NCBI GenBank assembly: GCA_949282135.1
Contig: CASDOR010000001.1
Coordinates: forward strand, 2,730 to 66,729
Length of the DNA: 64,000 bases
Reading direction: 5' to 3'
Source: an uncultured Christensenella sp.
GTDB lineage: Bacteria; Bacillota; Clostridia; Christensenellales; UBA1242
The notes under the pieces were generated by a model that worked only from the letters and a program-made list of their open reading frames with translations, ran no database searches and was not told the DNA's origin. A program made the position numbers and the translations under genes. Positions 1-8,702 of the stretch are shown piece after piece. Within the stretch, counting starts at the first letter, position 1; every line of letters starts with the position of its first letter.

Positions 1-155
1 AATGTTAAAGTGTAAAAAAGTTGAAAAACTTTTCCCGCTTGACCAAATGGTAGTCAAGCGACTATGCAATAATGTTGTTGAAAAAATAAAAAAAAAGTTT
101 TTCCGCAGGGACAAATGCTGTCCCCGCGACAATTGTAAAATCAATTTAAAAAGAG

Positions 156-329
156 GTGCGAAATGTAAAATTAAACTTAAAAATTCAAGAAAATCAAAAA
201 ACAAAAGAATTAGAAAAATATGAATATGACAACAATATGACTGATGAAGAAATAGAAGAACGCATACAAGAACTTGAAAGATTGCAAGAGCAAAAGAAAA
301 GGAAGAAAGAAAAAGATTTTGAGATGTAG
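156..329 (+). CDS. Small charged ORF (~57 aa from GTG156, or 30 aa from ATG237) ending ...KKKEKDFEM, probably mobile-element cargo or remnant
   Basis: Open frame from 150 to TAG at 327-329, not in the ORF track. K/E-rich; the C-terminus resembles the -DFEM/-DFER endings of Firmicutes mobile-element proteins. Start uncertain. Confidence 0.35.
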   Translation: MRNVKLNLKIQENQKTKELEKYEYDNNMTDEEIEERIQELERLQEQKKRKKEKDFEM

Positions 330-379
330 ATGAATTTAAAATAATAGTATGATATAATACTGTATAAATAGAGGTTTAT

Positions 380-973
380 ATGATTAAATTATTTTTAAAG
401 AAAAATTGGCCTAGTTTAATTATAACGTTGGTATGGGCAATATTAACAGGGCTTTCAAAATTAGAGATTGATGTTTCATGGATAAAAGATATAAATACTT
501 GGGCTAATGCATTTATTTTAGAACTATATTTATTTCAATTAATGTCTGCAATTACTATTAAGATTAAAAATCAATATTGGCAATCATTGATAAGTTTAAT
601 GGTTTCTTTGTTTGTCGGAGAAACAATTAGATATAATTTTAATCTCGTTGATTTTTCTTTTATGAATTTGTTAGGAATATTCTTATTTTCATTGTTTACA
701 ATCTTGATGACATACCAGTCATTTTCTTTTGGAGTAAATAAAGGAATTAAAGAAATTGAACAGCAAAAAAATGTTTTACATTCAAAAATAAGAGAAATGT
801 CAAATGAAGATACCAAAAGTTTTTTAAAAGAAATAAATAGAAGTATCAATTTTATGAAAAAACATCCATTTGCTGCAAGTATTATCAAAGATAGCAATTT
901 GCGGGAGTTGGAGTCCTTTAGAAGTGAGGTAAAAGAAATAAAAAATACAACAAATAAAATTGACAGCAAATGA
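380..973 (+). CDS. Hypothetical membrane protein (about 4 TM helices plus charged C-terminal helical tail)
   Basis: 197-aa ORF with TGATATAAT (-10 at 353-358) and AGAGG RBS upstream; hydrophobic N-terminal 115 aa; stop codon lies within the TGACAGCAAA repeats. Confidence 0.8.
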   Translation: MIKLFLKKNWPSLIITLVWAILTGLSKLEIDVSWIKDINTWANAFILELYLFQLMSAITIKIKNQYWQSLISLMVSLFVGETIRYNFNLVDFSFMNLLGIFLFSLFTILMTYQSFSFGVNKGIKEIEQQKNVLHSKIREMSNEDTKSFLKEINRSINFMKKHPFAASIIKDSNLRELESFRSEVKEIKNTTNKIDSK

Positions 974-1094
974 CAGCAAATTTATCAGTTTTGGGTAATT
1001 TTAGAACGATTTAGACCGATAGTTGAAATTTTGACTATCGGTCTATTTTTTTTAAAAATTTTTGACAGCAAATATTGATAAATTTGACAGCAAA
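961..1094 (+). repeat. Four direct copies of TGACAGCAAA (961, 971, 1063, 1085), candidate integrase arm-type sites
   Basis: Exact 10-mers seen in two pairs about 90-225 bp from the tRNA 3' end. The arm-site role is inferred from tyrosine-integrase att architecture. Confidence 0.65.
1013..1053 (+). terminator. Intrinsic terminator after ORF 380-973
   Basis: 11-bp stem AGACCGATAGT/ACTATCGGTCT followed by a T-run. Confidence 0.75.
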
Positions 1095-1135
1095 TATTTT
1101 TTATTAGGAAAATTAATAAATGTTTTTAAAAATTA

Positions 1136-1180
1136 AAAAATCGCTAAAAGCCTTTATTTATAAGGGATTTAGCGATTTTT
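1136..1180. terminator. Hairpin immediately 3' of tRNA-Thr (terminator or att-adjacent stem)
   Basis: 13-bp perfect stem AAAAATCGCTAAA/TTTAGCGATTTTT. Confidence 0.65.
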
Positions 1181-1186
1181 AATGAG

Positions 1187-1262
1187 TGGAGCTTATGATG
1201 GGACTCGAACCCATGACCTCAGCCTTACCAAGGCTGTGCGCTACCTGCTGCGCCACATAAGC
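1187..1262 (-). tRNA. tRNA-Thr(GGT)
   Basis: Reverse complement GCTTATGTGGCGCAGCAGGTAGCGCACAGCCTTGGTAAGGCTGAGGTCATGGGTTCGAGTCCCATCATAAGCTCCA: 76 nt, fully paired acceptor and anticodon stems, GGT anticodon, TTCGA T-loop, encoded CCA. Confidence 0.97.
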
Positions 1263-1323
1263 ATATTGAATTTGAGAGTGTTTTTTGTTGTTTTTCGAGT
1301 GGTAAAATTTGTCATTTTTTATT

Positions 1324-1360
1324 TTACCAAGGCGGTGCTCTACCGCTGGGCCACACCAGC
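1324..1360 (-). pseudogene. 5' half of a second, different tRNA-Thr(GGT), cut at the anticodon loop
   Basis: Reverse complement GCTGGTGTGGCCCAGCGGTAGAGCACCGCCTTGGTAA = acceptor 5' strand, D-arm, anticodon 5' strand and loop; no 3' half follows. Confidence 0.85.
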
Positions 1361-1422
1361 ACGGACTAAATAAAGGGTGATTTTTTTTAGTGACTTTAAG
1401 GTGTAAAATTTGTTATTTTTTT

Positions 1423-1459
1423 TTACTGAGGGGGAGCACTGCTTTTGAGATACATCAAT
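1423..1459 (-). pseudogene. Heavily decayed second tRNA 5'-half copy
   Basis: Aligns without gaps to 1324-1360 at 22/37 identity, mismatches mostly G>A or C>T; preceded on + by the same GTAAAA...TTTTAC motif about 100 bp from the first. Confidence 0.55.
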
Positions 1460-2342
1460 GTGGATTTAGTGAGAGGGGGTATTGGTTAGTTTTCGTCATT
1501 CTTGAATTATTTATTTTGCATATTATTTTTTGTGCAGTGTTTAAGTAGAATCTCGTCTGCTTTTTTAACATATTATGATTAAGATTGTTTTTTATAATTT
1601 CATATCAACTTTTTACTGAAATTATTTTCAAAATGCATGTCATTTAAAAATTTTATTAAATAAAAATTTGTGAAATATTATTTTTAATTTAGTTTTATGA
1701 CATCAATTTGTAGAGATTCTATTTAATAATATATACAAGCATAGCACATAATGACCACCAATATTACAAGTATGATTTTAAATTAAAACTAGGTACTTTT
1801 AAGAAGATAGACACTAAGAATCTTTATTCATAATTTGCAAATTATACAAGCCTAAAATTCAGAAAAACTGCTTAAATTTTATACGATAAACTAATATAAT
1901 AATATTTAAACATCATTAGATTTTTACGACTCTACGAGGCTTTCCACTAATTGTAACTAATTTTAACAAATTATTTATTTGCAAGAAATATAGTTTAAAA
2001 TAAATATATTTGGTGCATGGTTAAAGTCTAGTACATTAAAATGTTGATGTCAAGCAATTTTAGTAAATTAAGCTAGGAATGGATTTTTCGTAATCAAAAA
2101 TTTCTTTGGAAAACAAATTTTATAACTTTTTGAGGAATTGAAAATTTGCTACTCATTGGCAAAAATAATAGGTTTATTAAACAATTGTTGTCTTTGTTTT
2201 TATTATATTTAGGTGATTTTTTTGTAAAGCAAAAGTTAATTTTATCTTTATAATATCGAGAAATTGTATTTAAAATAAAAAATGCATTATTTTATTGCCA
2301 TAAAAGATAAAATTTTGTAAAATAATACTAATAGGGTGAGGA

Positions 2343-3920
2343 GTGATAATGTTTAAAGTCAAAAGAGAAATAAAAAATTTATTTGTACTATTTGGGCTTT
2401 TAGTGATAGTTTGTTTTTCTTTTTGCTTTTGCATACAAATAAATAGTAATAAAGCCCAGTCTATTGAGACAAAGTTGTCTACTAGTGAAGGGGTAAACCA
2501 AGAAACTAAATTTCTGAATGAAGAAGTTAATTTATTTACTAGTCAAAAAAAGGATTTGGTTAGTGTAAATGAAGATGAAAGCGATGTTAAGGTTGTTTAT
2601 AAGAATCTTATTTTTGTAGACAGCAATTGTAATAATTATGTATATAATGGCAAGCCTCAAAACTTTGTGAAGTCATTGTCCAATTTGAGTGGTGCTTTAT
2701 GTGGAATAAATGAAAATGCTATGATTGTGGATGGGGCAATACAAACAAATCCTGGAAGATATTATATTACTATTAGACTAAAAGATGGTTATGTTTGGGA
2801 AGATGGAAGTAATGATGACTATGATTTGCCTTTTTCGTTTATAATTAAGAAAAAGGACCTAGACTTATCTGAGGTTAGTGTTTCTCATGATACATATTCA
2901 TATGATGGCAAAGAAAAAAAGGCGAGAATAATAAACGAAGAAATATTGAGTCAGGACGGAATATTAGATTATTATTGGGCGGACGATTGTGATGGAGGGG
3001 TTTCTCCAGGCGTATACGAGACAAAATTAATAATTAACGTGGATGAAAGGTTTTATAATACTCCAAGTCCAATCCTAGGAAGTATTACAATAAATCCTAC
3101 AAAGCTTAGTTTTGACGATGAAAGTTTGGTTATGAAAATAGAAATAAATACTTTAAGTGGAAGCTTTTTGCTGGGAAGTTCCTTAAGTGTTAAAAATGTG
3201 GAAAAAGGGGGCAGTACACTTTTACAACAAAGCGCTTTATATGAAAAATATATTAAAGACAATGAGGAGATTGTTTTTTCTTATGACATTAGTGTTGTAA
3301 ACGAAGGCGAAGAAGTCACCTTATCTTCACCAGCTTTAATAAAAATGAAGCTGCCTAATGAGGTTAAGGGGAAGGATTTTAGAATCTTACATATACATAA
3401 TGATAATGTAACTCAAGTAGATGAATTAAGTTATGAGATTGTTGGAGATTATGCTCTTGTCAATGTCGATTCCTTGTCGGAATTTGCATTTATAGTGTCA
3501 AACACAAATGGGAATGCAAATCTTTGGATTGTTATTCTTATTTCTGGTATCGCAGGAATTTTGCTAATTCTACTCGTATTTTATTATTCTACTTATGCAG
3601 TATGGAAAAGAAAGGGGGTACTTATTGTGCCGGCTCTTGAAAAACTTTACCGTAAGACGAATATCAAATTTGCTAAAACTAGTTACAATGACACTGAGTT
3701 AAATAAAGAACTTAATAGTTTGGTAGAGGCTAAAGATGTTGAAAAACAGGAGAAAATAAAAGATGAGACAAATGAAGAGCAGGAGAGCAAGATTATAAAA
3801 AAACAGAGAAAAAAGAGAAGTCAGCCAAGAAAAAAAACAACTAAGATAAGAAAAACTTTGCAAAAAAGAGCAACAAATAATAATAAGAAAACTACAAAAA
3901 CTAATTCTGATATTAAGTAA
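2343..3920 (+). CDS. Type I membrane-anchored surface protein (signal peptide, MBG/Ig-like repeats, C-terminal TM, Lys/Arg-rich tail)
   Basis: N-terminal hydrophobic segment; YVYNGKPQ and TYSYDGKEKK motifs typical of MBG-like domains; TM LWIVILISGIAGILLILLVFYY; very basic tail. Confidence 0.8.
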   Translation: MIMFKVKREIKNLFVLFGLLVIVCFSFCFCIQINSNKAQSIETKLSTSEGVNQETKFLNEEVNLFTSQKKDLVSVNEDESDVKVVYKNLIFVDSNCNNYVYNGKPQNFVKSLSNLSGALCGINENAMIVDGAIQTNPGRYYITIRLKDGYVWEDGSNDDYDLPFSFIIKKKDLDLSEVSVSHDTYSYDGKEKKARIINEEILSQDGILDYYWADDCDGGVSPGVYETKLIINVDERFYNTPSPILGSITINPTKLSFDDESLVMKIEINTLSGSFLLGSSLSVKNVEKGGSTLLQQSALYEKYIKDNEEIVFSYDISVVNEGEEVTLSSPALIKMKLPNEVKGKDFRILHIHNDNVTQVDELSYEIVGDYALVNVDSLSEFAFIVSNTNGNANLWIVILISGIAGILLILLVFYYSTYAVWKRKGVLIVPALEKLYRKTNIKFAKTSYNDTELNKELNSLVEAKDVEKQEKIKDETNEEQESKIIKKQRKKRSQPRKKTTKIRKTLQKRATNNNKKTTKTNSDIK

Positions 3921-3923
3921 AGT

Positions 3924-5618
3924 ATGAGCTTTTTTAATGTAAATTTTACAAAGAGGGAAACGACAAAAATGAGAATTGGATTTAACGAGAGAAAACTAAA
4001 TATTCTTTTTGGTATACTTATTCTTTTTTGTTGTATTGGTTTTTCTTGCTTTTATTTTAACCTGGATGTTCATGCAAAGGTGAATCTCGTTAGTAATGCT
4101 AGTACTTCTGAAATAAATACAAGTAACTATTATTTATTTGACCTTGATAGTAACATGTTTAATGCCCTATGTGCGATTGAACACGAAATTAAGGGCGATG
4201 GAGATACAAAAGACTTAGCTTTTAATAGTGATTTTTTTAGTGTAGGATATAAAGAAGCTGTGCCAACAAGTAGTGATGGGGTCGCAATTAAAAATGATTT
4301 AACACAAGGTGTTCTTTATCTTGTGGCTGGTCCAAATGCAAAATATGAATGCTTAAAGGGGCTTGGTGGTTTAGAAAATATTGAGGGACTTAACAATATT
4401 GATTTTAGTGGTGTTAATGAACTTGTTCTTACTGGAAATTCTATTAACCAAATTAGTGAACTTGATTTAGAAAGTTTTACAACTCTTACAAGATTATCTG
4501 CTGAAAACAATGAACTAACAAACATAGACTTAAGTCCTGAGTTACAATCAAGACTCGTAGAATTAAATTTAAGTAATAACAAGTTAACCAGTTTAGATAT
4601 AAGTAGGGTAGGCAATCAAGCGAACGTAAATTTAAGTAGTAATAAATTAACAAGTCTAGGAAACTTGTCTGGGAATTTAGGAACTTTAAATATTGGTTTT
4701 AATAACATAACAAACGTTAATGAGTTAAATATTATTAGAAATACTGCAGGTTGTAGTCCTTTAATTTTTGTGCAGGGCTTAGGTGATGTTAGCATCGCAG
4801 GAGATAAAATTTTAGTAGATAGTACTCACTATAATTTACAAGCAACACTTGAATATTCCTATGAAAGCATGTTTGCAGGAGAGGAAATAGTGCTTAACAC
4901 TCAATCTAATTTTTGCGAGATTTATATGCCTGCAGGATACGTGACTCTTTCATTTGAATATGCTGAGAATATGCCAATTAACGTCTTAAGTTTATTAGTT
5001 GATAGAGAGTATGCGCTTAAATTAGATATGCCTCAGGTTACGGCAATGTCAAATGGAAACACAATTACAAATTTTGAAAGTACTCAAAGTATGTATTTTA
5101 CTTTTTCAATTAATTTGAATGAAAATATAGCAAATTATCAAGATATTTTGTCAAATGCTACACTTTATTCTGGAATAGGCGAAAATATTGGCGAGGGAGG
5201 ACAAATAGCAATAGAAGAAAATGGGGATTATACGTTGCGTTCATATGTTGTTTTTGATAATATACAAAGTGATGTCATATCTATAAGCGTTTCTAAGAAT
5301 GACTATTCAGGAGTTACATGGGCTTTAATTATTATAGTGGGAATTGTTGTTATAATTGCAAGTCTTTGGTTTATAATTAGATGGTTTAGAAATGGGGCGG
5401 TTGTAGCGCCACTTTCTGATAGAGAAATTGCGAGACTTAATAGAAAAAAAGAGATTAGAGAAAGTGGTAAATATTATTCTTATTCCTTTGAAAAGGAAAA
5501 GGATTTAGAAGGACACGATGACGATTTAGTAGACTTAAGTGACGATGGCACAAATGATTTGGAAAATGGTGACTTAGATCTAAATAATGGAGAGGGAGAA
5601 GATGGCGAAAAGTATTAA
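3924..5618 (+). CDS. Internalin-type leucine-rich-repeat membrane-anchored surface protein
   Basis: LxxLxLxxNxL repeats (LVLTGNSI, LSAENNEL, LNLSNNKL, VNLSSNKL, LNIGFNNI); N-terminal hydrophobic segment; TM near the C-terminus; acidic tail. Confidence 0.85.
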   Translation: MSFFNVNFTKRETTKMRIGFNERKLNILFGILILFCCIGFSCFYFNLDVHAKVNLVSNASTSEINTSNYYLFDLDSNMFNALCAIEHEIKGDGDTKDLAFNSDFFSVGYKEAVPTSSDGVAIKNDLTQGVLYLVAGPNAKYECLKGLGGLENIEGLNNIDFSGVNELVLTGNSINQISELDLESFTTLTRLSAENNELTNIDLSPELQSRLVELNLSNNKLTSLDISRVGNQANVNLSSNKLTSLGNLSGNLGTLNIGFNNITNVNELNIIRNTAGCSPLIFVQGLGDVSIAGDKILVDSTHYNLQATLEYSYESMFAGEEIVLNTQSNFCEIYMPAGYVTLSFEYAENMPINVLSLLVDREYALKLDMPQVTAMSNGNTITNFESTQSMYFTFSINLNENIANYQDILSNATLYSGIGENIGEGGQIAIEENGDYTLRSYVVFDNIQSDVISISVSKNDYSGVTWALIIIVGIVVIIASLWFIIRWFRNGAVVAPLSDREIARLNRKKEIRESGKYYSYSFEKEKDLEGHDDDLVDLSDDGTNDLENGDLDLNNGEGEDGEKY

Positions 5619-6408
5619 TGGAAGAGTGGTTGTTGTAACTGGGGCATCAAGTGGTATTGGTAGGGAAATCGCAAAATATTTTGCAAATAATGGAGATAAG
5701 GTTTTTGGACTAGCAAGAAGTAGTTTTGAGGAAGAAAACATAAAGTCAATTAGTTGTGATGTAACGATAAAAGAAAGTGTGAGGCTTGCGATAAAAGAAG
5801 TAATTACAAAAGAGGGGCATATTGATATACTTATAAATAATGCTGGGTGTGGAGTGTCAGGAAGTGTAGAGAATAGCGATATAGATGACATAAAAAATAT
5901 GTTTAATGTTAATTTTTTTGGGGCAGTAAGTGTTACACAAGAAGTTTTACCTTTTATGCGTGAACATGGTGGCGGAAAAATAATAAATACTAGTTCTGTC
6001 GCAAGTGTTATACCTATACCTTTTCAAAGCTTTTATAGTGCGACTAAGTCCAGTCTTGATATATACGCAAAAGCACTTAGGCTTGAAGTTAAACCATTTA
6101 ATATTGAAATATGTAACGTACTTGTTGGAGATACTAAATCTAATTTTACCTCTTCTAGAAAAAAATCTCAGAGAGATGAGGGAAGTGTGTATGAAGAGAC
6201 TGTAAAAAGGTCAGTTGAAAAAATGGAAAATGACGAGAAAAACGGAAAAGATCCAGTAAGTGTTGCAAAAACAATGTTTAAACTTTCGCTTAAAAAGAAA
6301 CTCCCACCAACAAAGACAGTTGGACTAAAGTACAAACTTATTGTTTTCTTAAACAAAATTTTACCTCAAAAATTCATGTTGTTTGTTGTATCAAAGCTGT
6401 ATTCCTAG
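5602..6408 (+). CDS. Short-chain dehydrogenase/reductase (SDR)
   Basis: TGASSGIG, NNAG and YxxxK (YSATK) motifs; start taken at ATG5602 after GGGAG. Confidence 0.93.
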   Translation: MAKSINGRVVVVTGASSGIGREIAKYFANNGDKVFGLARSSFEEENIKSISCDVTIKESVRLAIKEVITKEGHIDILINNAGCGVSGSVENSDIDDIKNMFNVNFFGAVSVTQEVLPFMREHGGGKIINTSSVASVIPIPFQSFYSATKSSLDIYAKALRLEVKPFNIEICNVLVGDTKSNFTSSRKKSQRDEGSVYEETVKRSVEKMENDEKNGKDPVSVAKTMFKLSLKKKLPPTKTVGLKYKLIVFLNKILPQKFMLFVVSKLYS

Positions 6409-6652
6409 TTTTAATACAGATTTCTTAAGAGAGAAGTTTATTTTATCTTTTTAGATTAAATACGACATGCGATATATTACATTAATAAAATTTAACTTTA
6501 AAAGAAAATTAAATTTTTAAGTTAGTATTTTTTATTTACAATTAAATACTTATAAAAAATGAAAGTTGCGAGCTTCCATTTTTTTAAATAAGACTAATAT
6601 AAAAAAGTTTTTGGGTTATAATTTTAAACTTTTTTAGTATAAGAGAATTCAT

Positions 6653-8224
6653 TTAGCAAAATTTTTCTAGGTATTCTTGATAAGTGATATATTTGTCAAG
6701 AGTCTTAGTGTTATCTATTTTAATGATTCTATTTGCAACTGTTTGTGTAAGTTCTTGGTCGCTAGAACTAAAAAGTAAAACTCCTTTAAAGTTTATCATG
6801 CCTTTGTTAAGTGCTGTAATACTTTCGAGGTCGAGGTGATTTGTTGGTTCATCAAGAATGACAACATTTCCTTGCTCTAGCATTATTTTTGATAGCATAC
6901 ATCTAACTTTTTCGCCCCCACTTAGAACGTTTGCAGGTTTCAATGCTTCTTCTCCAGAGAAAAGCATCCTTCCGAGCCAACTTCTAAGAAAAGTAGTATC
7001 TTTTTCTTTAGAAAATTGACCTAGCCAATCAGTCAAGCTTAAATTTGTGTTAAAAATTTCATTATATTCTTTTGGAAGATAAGAATAGGTAATTGTCTTC
7101 CCCCAAGTGACTGTGCCAGTAAAGTCTTTATCTTTTCCAGATAATATGTTAAATAGAGCTGTAATAGCATTTGTATTGTCTGATAAAAAGGCGATTTTGT
7201 CATCTTTATTAACTACAAAACTAATATTTTCAAAAATACCTTTTTTTGTAAGATTTTTGACAATTAAAATATCATTTCCAATTTGTCTTTCAAAACTAAA
7301 AGCTATATATGGGTATCTACGACTTGATGGCTTGATATCTTCAATAGTAAGTTTTTCAAGTTCTTTTTTTCTGCTTGTTGCTTGTCTACTTTTACTTGCA
7401 TTTGCAGAGAATCTGGCAATAAAATCTTGTAATTCCTTTGCTCTTGCTTCTGCTTTTTTATTTGCTTCTTTTTGTTGACGTAAAATAAGTTGACTGGTTT
7501 CATACCAGAAGTCATAGTTTCCAACAAAAATTGAAATCTTACCATAATCGACATCGCAAATGTGTGTACATACCTTATTAAGAAAGTGTCTATTATGAGA
7601 TACTGTTATAACTGTGTTTTCATAGTTTAAAAGGAAATTTTCGAGCCAAGCAGTAGTTTTAATATCAAGATTGTTTGTAGGTTCGTCAAGAAGTAAAATG
7701 TCAGGAGAACCGAAGAGTGCTTGGGCAAGTAAAACCTTGACTTTAAGTTTACTATCTAAATCTTTCATTTTTGTGTCAAAGAATTTACTATCTATTCCAA
7801 TGTCTTTAAGCAAAGTCTCTGCATTTCCTTCCGCTTCCCAGCCTCCTAAATCTGCAAACTCTTGCTCTAATTCTCCGGCGAGTATTCCATCTTCTTCAGT
7901 AAAATCACTTTTAGCATATAATTCGTCTTTTTTGTCCCATACTTCCATTAGTCTTTTATGACCAAGTAAAACCGTGCGAAGTACAGTTTCATCATCATAA
8001 GCGTTTTGATTTTGCTGAAGTACAGACATCCTTTCATTTTTGTCTAGTATTATATCTCCATGACTTGGTTCAATTTCACCAGACAACAACTTTAAGAATG
8101 TAGACTTGCCAGCACCATTTGCACCAATAACGCCATAGCAATTACCTTTTGTAAATTTAAGATTTACATCACTAAATAATTTTCTATTTCCAAAATTAAG
8201 AGATACATTAATAACTTGTAACAT
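6653..8224 (-). CDS. ybiT: ABC-F family ribosome-associated ATPase, YbiT/YkpA subfamily
   Basis: Two NBDs, no TM; GANGAGKST, LLLDEPTNNLD, P-site tRNA interaction linker (FSANASKSRQATSRKK), LSGGE, ILDEPTNHLD. Confidence 0.88.
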   Translation of the reverse strand: MLQVINVSLNFGNRKLFSDVNLKFTKGNCYGVIGANGAGKSTFLKLLSGEIEPSHGDIILDKNERMSVLQQNQNAYDDETVLRTVLLGHKRLMEVWDKKDELYAKSDFTEEDGILAGELEQEFADLGGWEAEGNAETLLKDIGIDSKFFDTKMKDLDSKLKVKVLLAQALFGSPDILLLDEPTNNLDIKTTAWLENFLLNYENTVITVSHNRHFLNKVCTHICDVDYGKISIFVGNYDFWYETSQLILRQQKEANKKAEARAKELQDFIARFSANASKSRQATSRKKELEKLTIEDIKPSSRRYPYIAFSFERQIGNDILIVKNLTKKGIFENISFVVNKDDKIAFLSDNTNAITALFNILSGKDKDFTGTVTWGKTITYSYLPKEYNEIFNTNLSLTDWLGQFSKEKDTTFLRSWLGRMLFSGEEALKPANVLSGGEKVRCMLSKIMLEQGNVVILDEPTNHLDLESITALNKGMINFKGVLLFSSSDQELTQTVANRIIKIDNTKTLDKYITYQEYLEKFC

Positions 8225-8358
8225 GTTTCAATTCCTTTCTATTTATAGAGATATTACACGAAATATCTTAAATAGTCAATAAAAAGTATCTTTGCATATA
8301 AAATTTAAATTTTAAAACAAAAAAAACTAAGGTTAATAACCTTTGAAACTAGCAGATT

Positions 8359-8393
8359 AAAGAACGCTTTACCATTGTGATAAAGCGTTCTTT
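8359..8393. terminator. Hairpin just inside the left inverted repeat
   Basis: 13-bp perfect stem AAAGAACGCTTTA/TAAAGCGTTCTTT. Confidence 0.65.
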
Positions 8394-8413
8394 ATTAAAA
8401 TAAATTATTTCAT

Positions 8414-8458
8414 TTTGCAAATAAAATGTTTGCAAATTATAAACAAAAAGTGTATAAT
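8414..8458 (+). promoter_or_regulatory. Sigma-A promoter of the R-M operon with a candidate autoregulatory operator
   Basis: TTGCAA (8430-8435), 17-nt spacer, TATAAT (8453-8458); two TTTGCAAA palindromes (8414, 8429), the second overlapping -35. Confidence 0.6.
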
Positions 8459-8489
8459 ATGACTAATTAATTTATTTAAGGAGATTTTA

Positions 8490-8702
8490 ATGTCTATTTC
8501 ATATAATAAACTCTGGAAATTACTTATTGATAAAGGAATGACTAAAACGGAATTAAGATTAGAAGCGGATATAGGTACTTCAACACTTGCCAAACTTAGT
8601 AAAAATGAACAAGTGAGTATGGAAGTTTTACTAAAAATTTGTAAAACACTGAATTGCGATTTATCTGATATTGTTGAAGTAAAAGAGGTACAAAATGTGT
8701 AA
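8490..8702 (+). CDS. XRE/Cro-C1 (HTH_26-like) transcriptional regulator, likely controller of the cassette
   Basis: 70 aa, ISYNKLWKLLIDKGM...TLAKLSKNEQVSMEVLLKIC signature; AAGGAG RBS; overlaps the MTase start. Confidence 0.9.
   Translation: MSISYNKLWKLLIDKGMTKTELRLEADIGTSTLAKLSKNEQVSMEVLLKICKTLNCDLSDIVEVKEVQNV

Larger units (their letters stand above)
1..1330. mobile_element. Right-hand end of a tRNA-Thr-targeted integrated element extending left of the window
   Basis: Arm-like repeats, att-type hairpin, split tRNA and cargo-like ORFs. No integrase in the window; the boundary is either the tRNA 3' end (~1187) or the anticodon core (1324-1330). Confidence 0.55.

Noticed and set aside
2-223. 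73-aa ORF from the track
   Set aside because: It runs through two GC-rich hairpins (about 35-60 and 104-128) and A-runs, with no RBS visible; likely non-coding.
1182-1373. 63-aa ORF from the track
   Set aside because: It is the antisense reading of tRNA-Thr and the tRNA fragment.
1510-2340. Long AT-rich intergenic stretch checked for pseudogenes, arrays or ncRNA
   Set aside because: No convincing ORF remnant, repeat periodicity or stable structure seen by eye.
6653-8224. Antibiotic-resistance ABC-F (Vga/Lsa/Msr/OptrA type)
   Set aside because: Sequence pattern and short linker match the housekeeping YbiT/YkpA subfamily.
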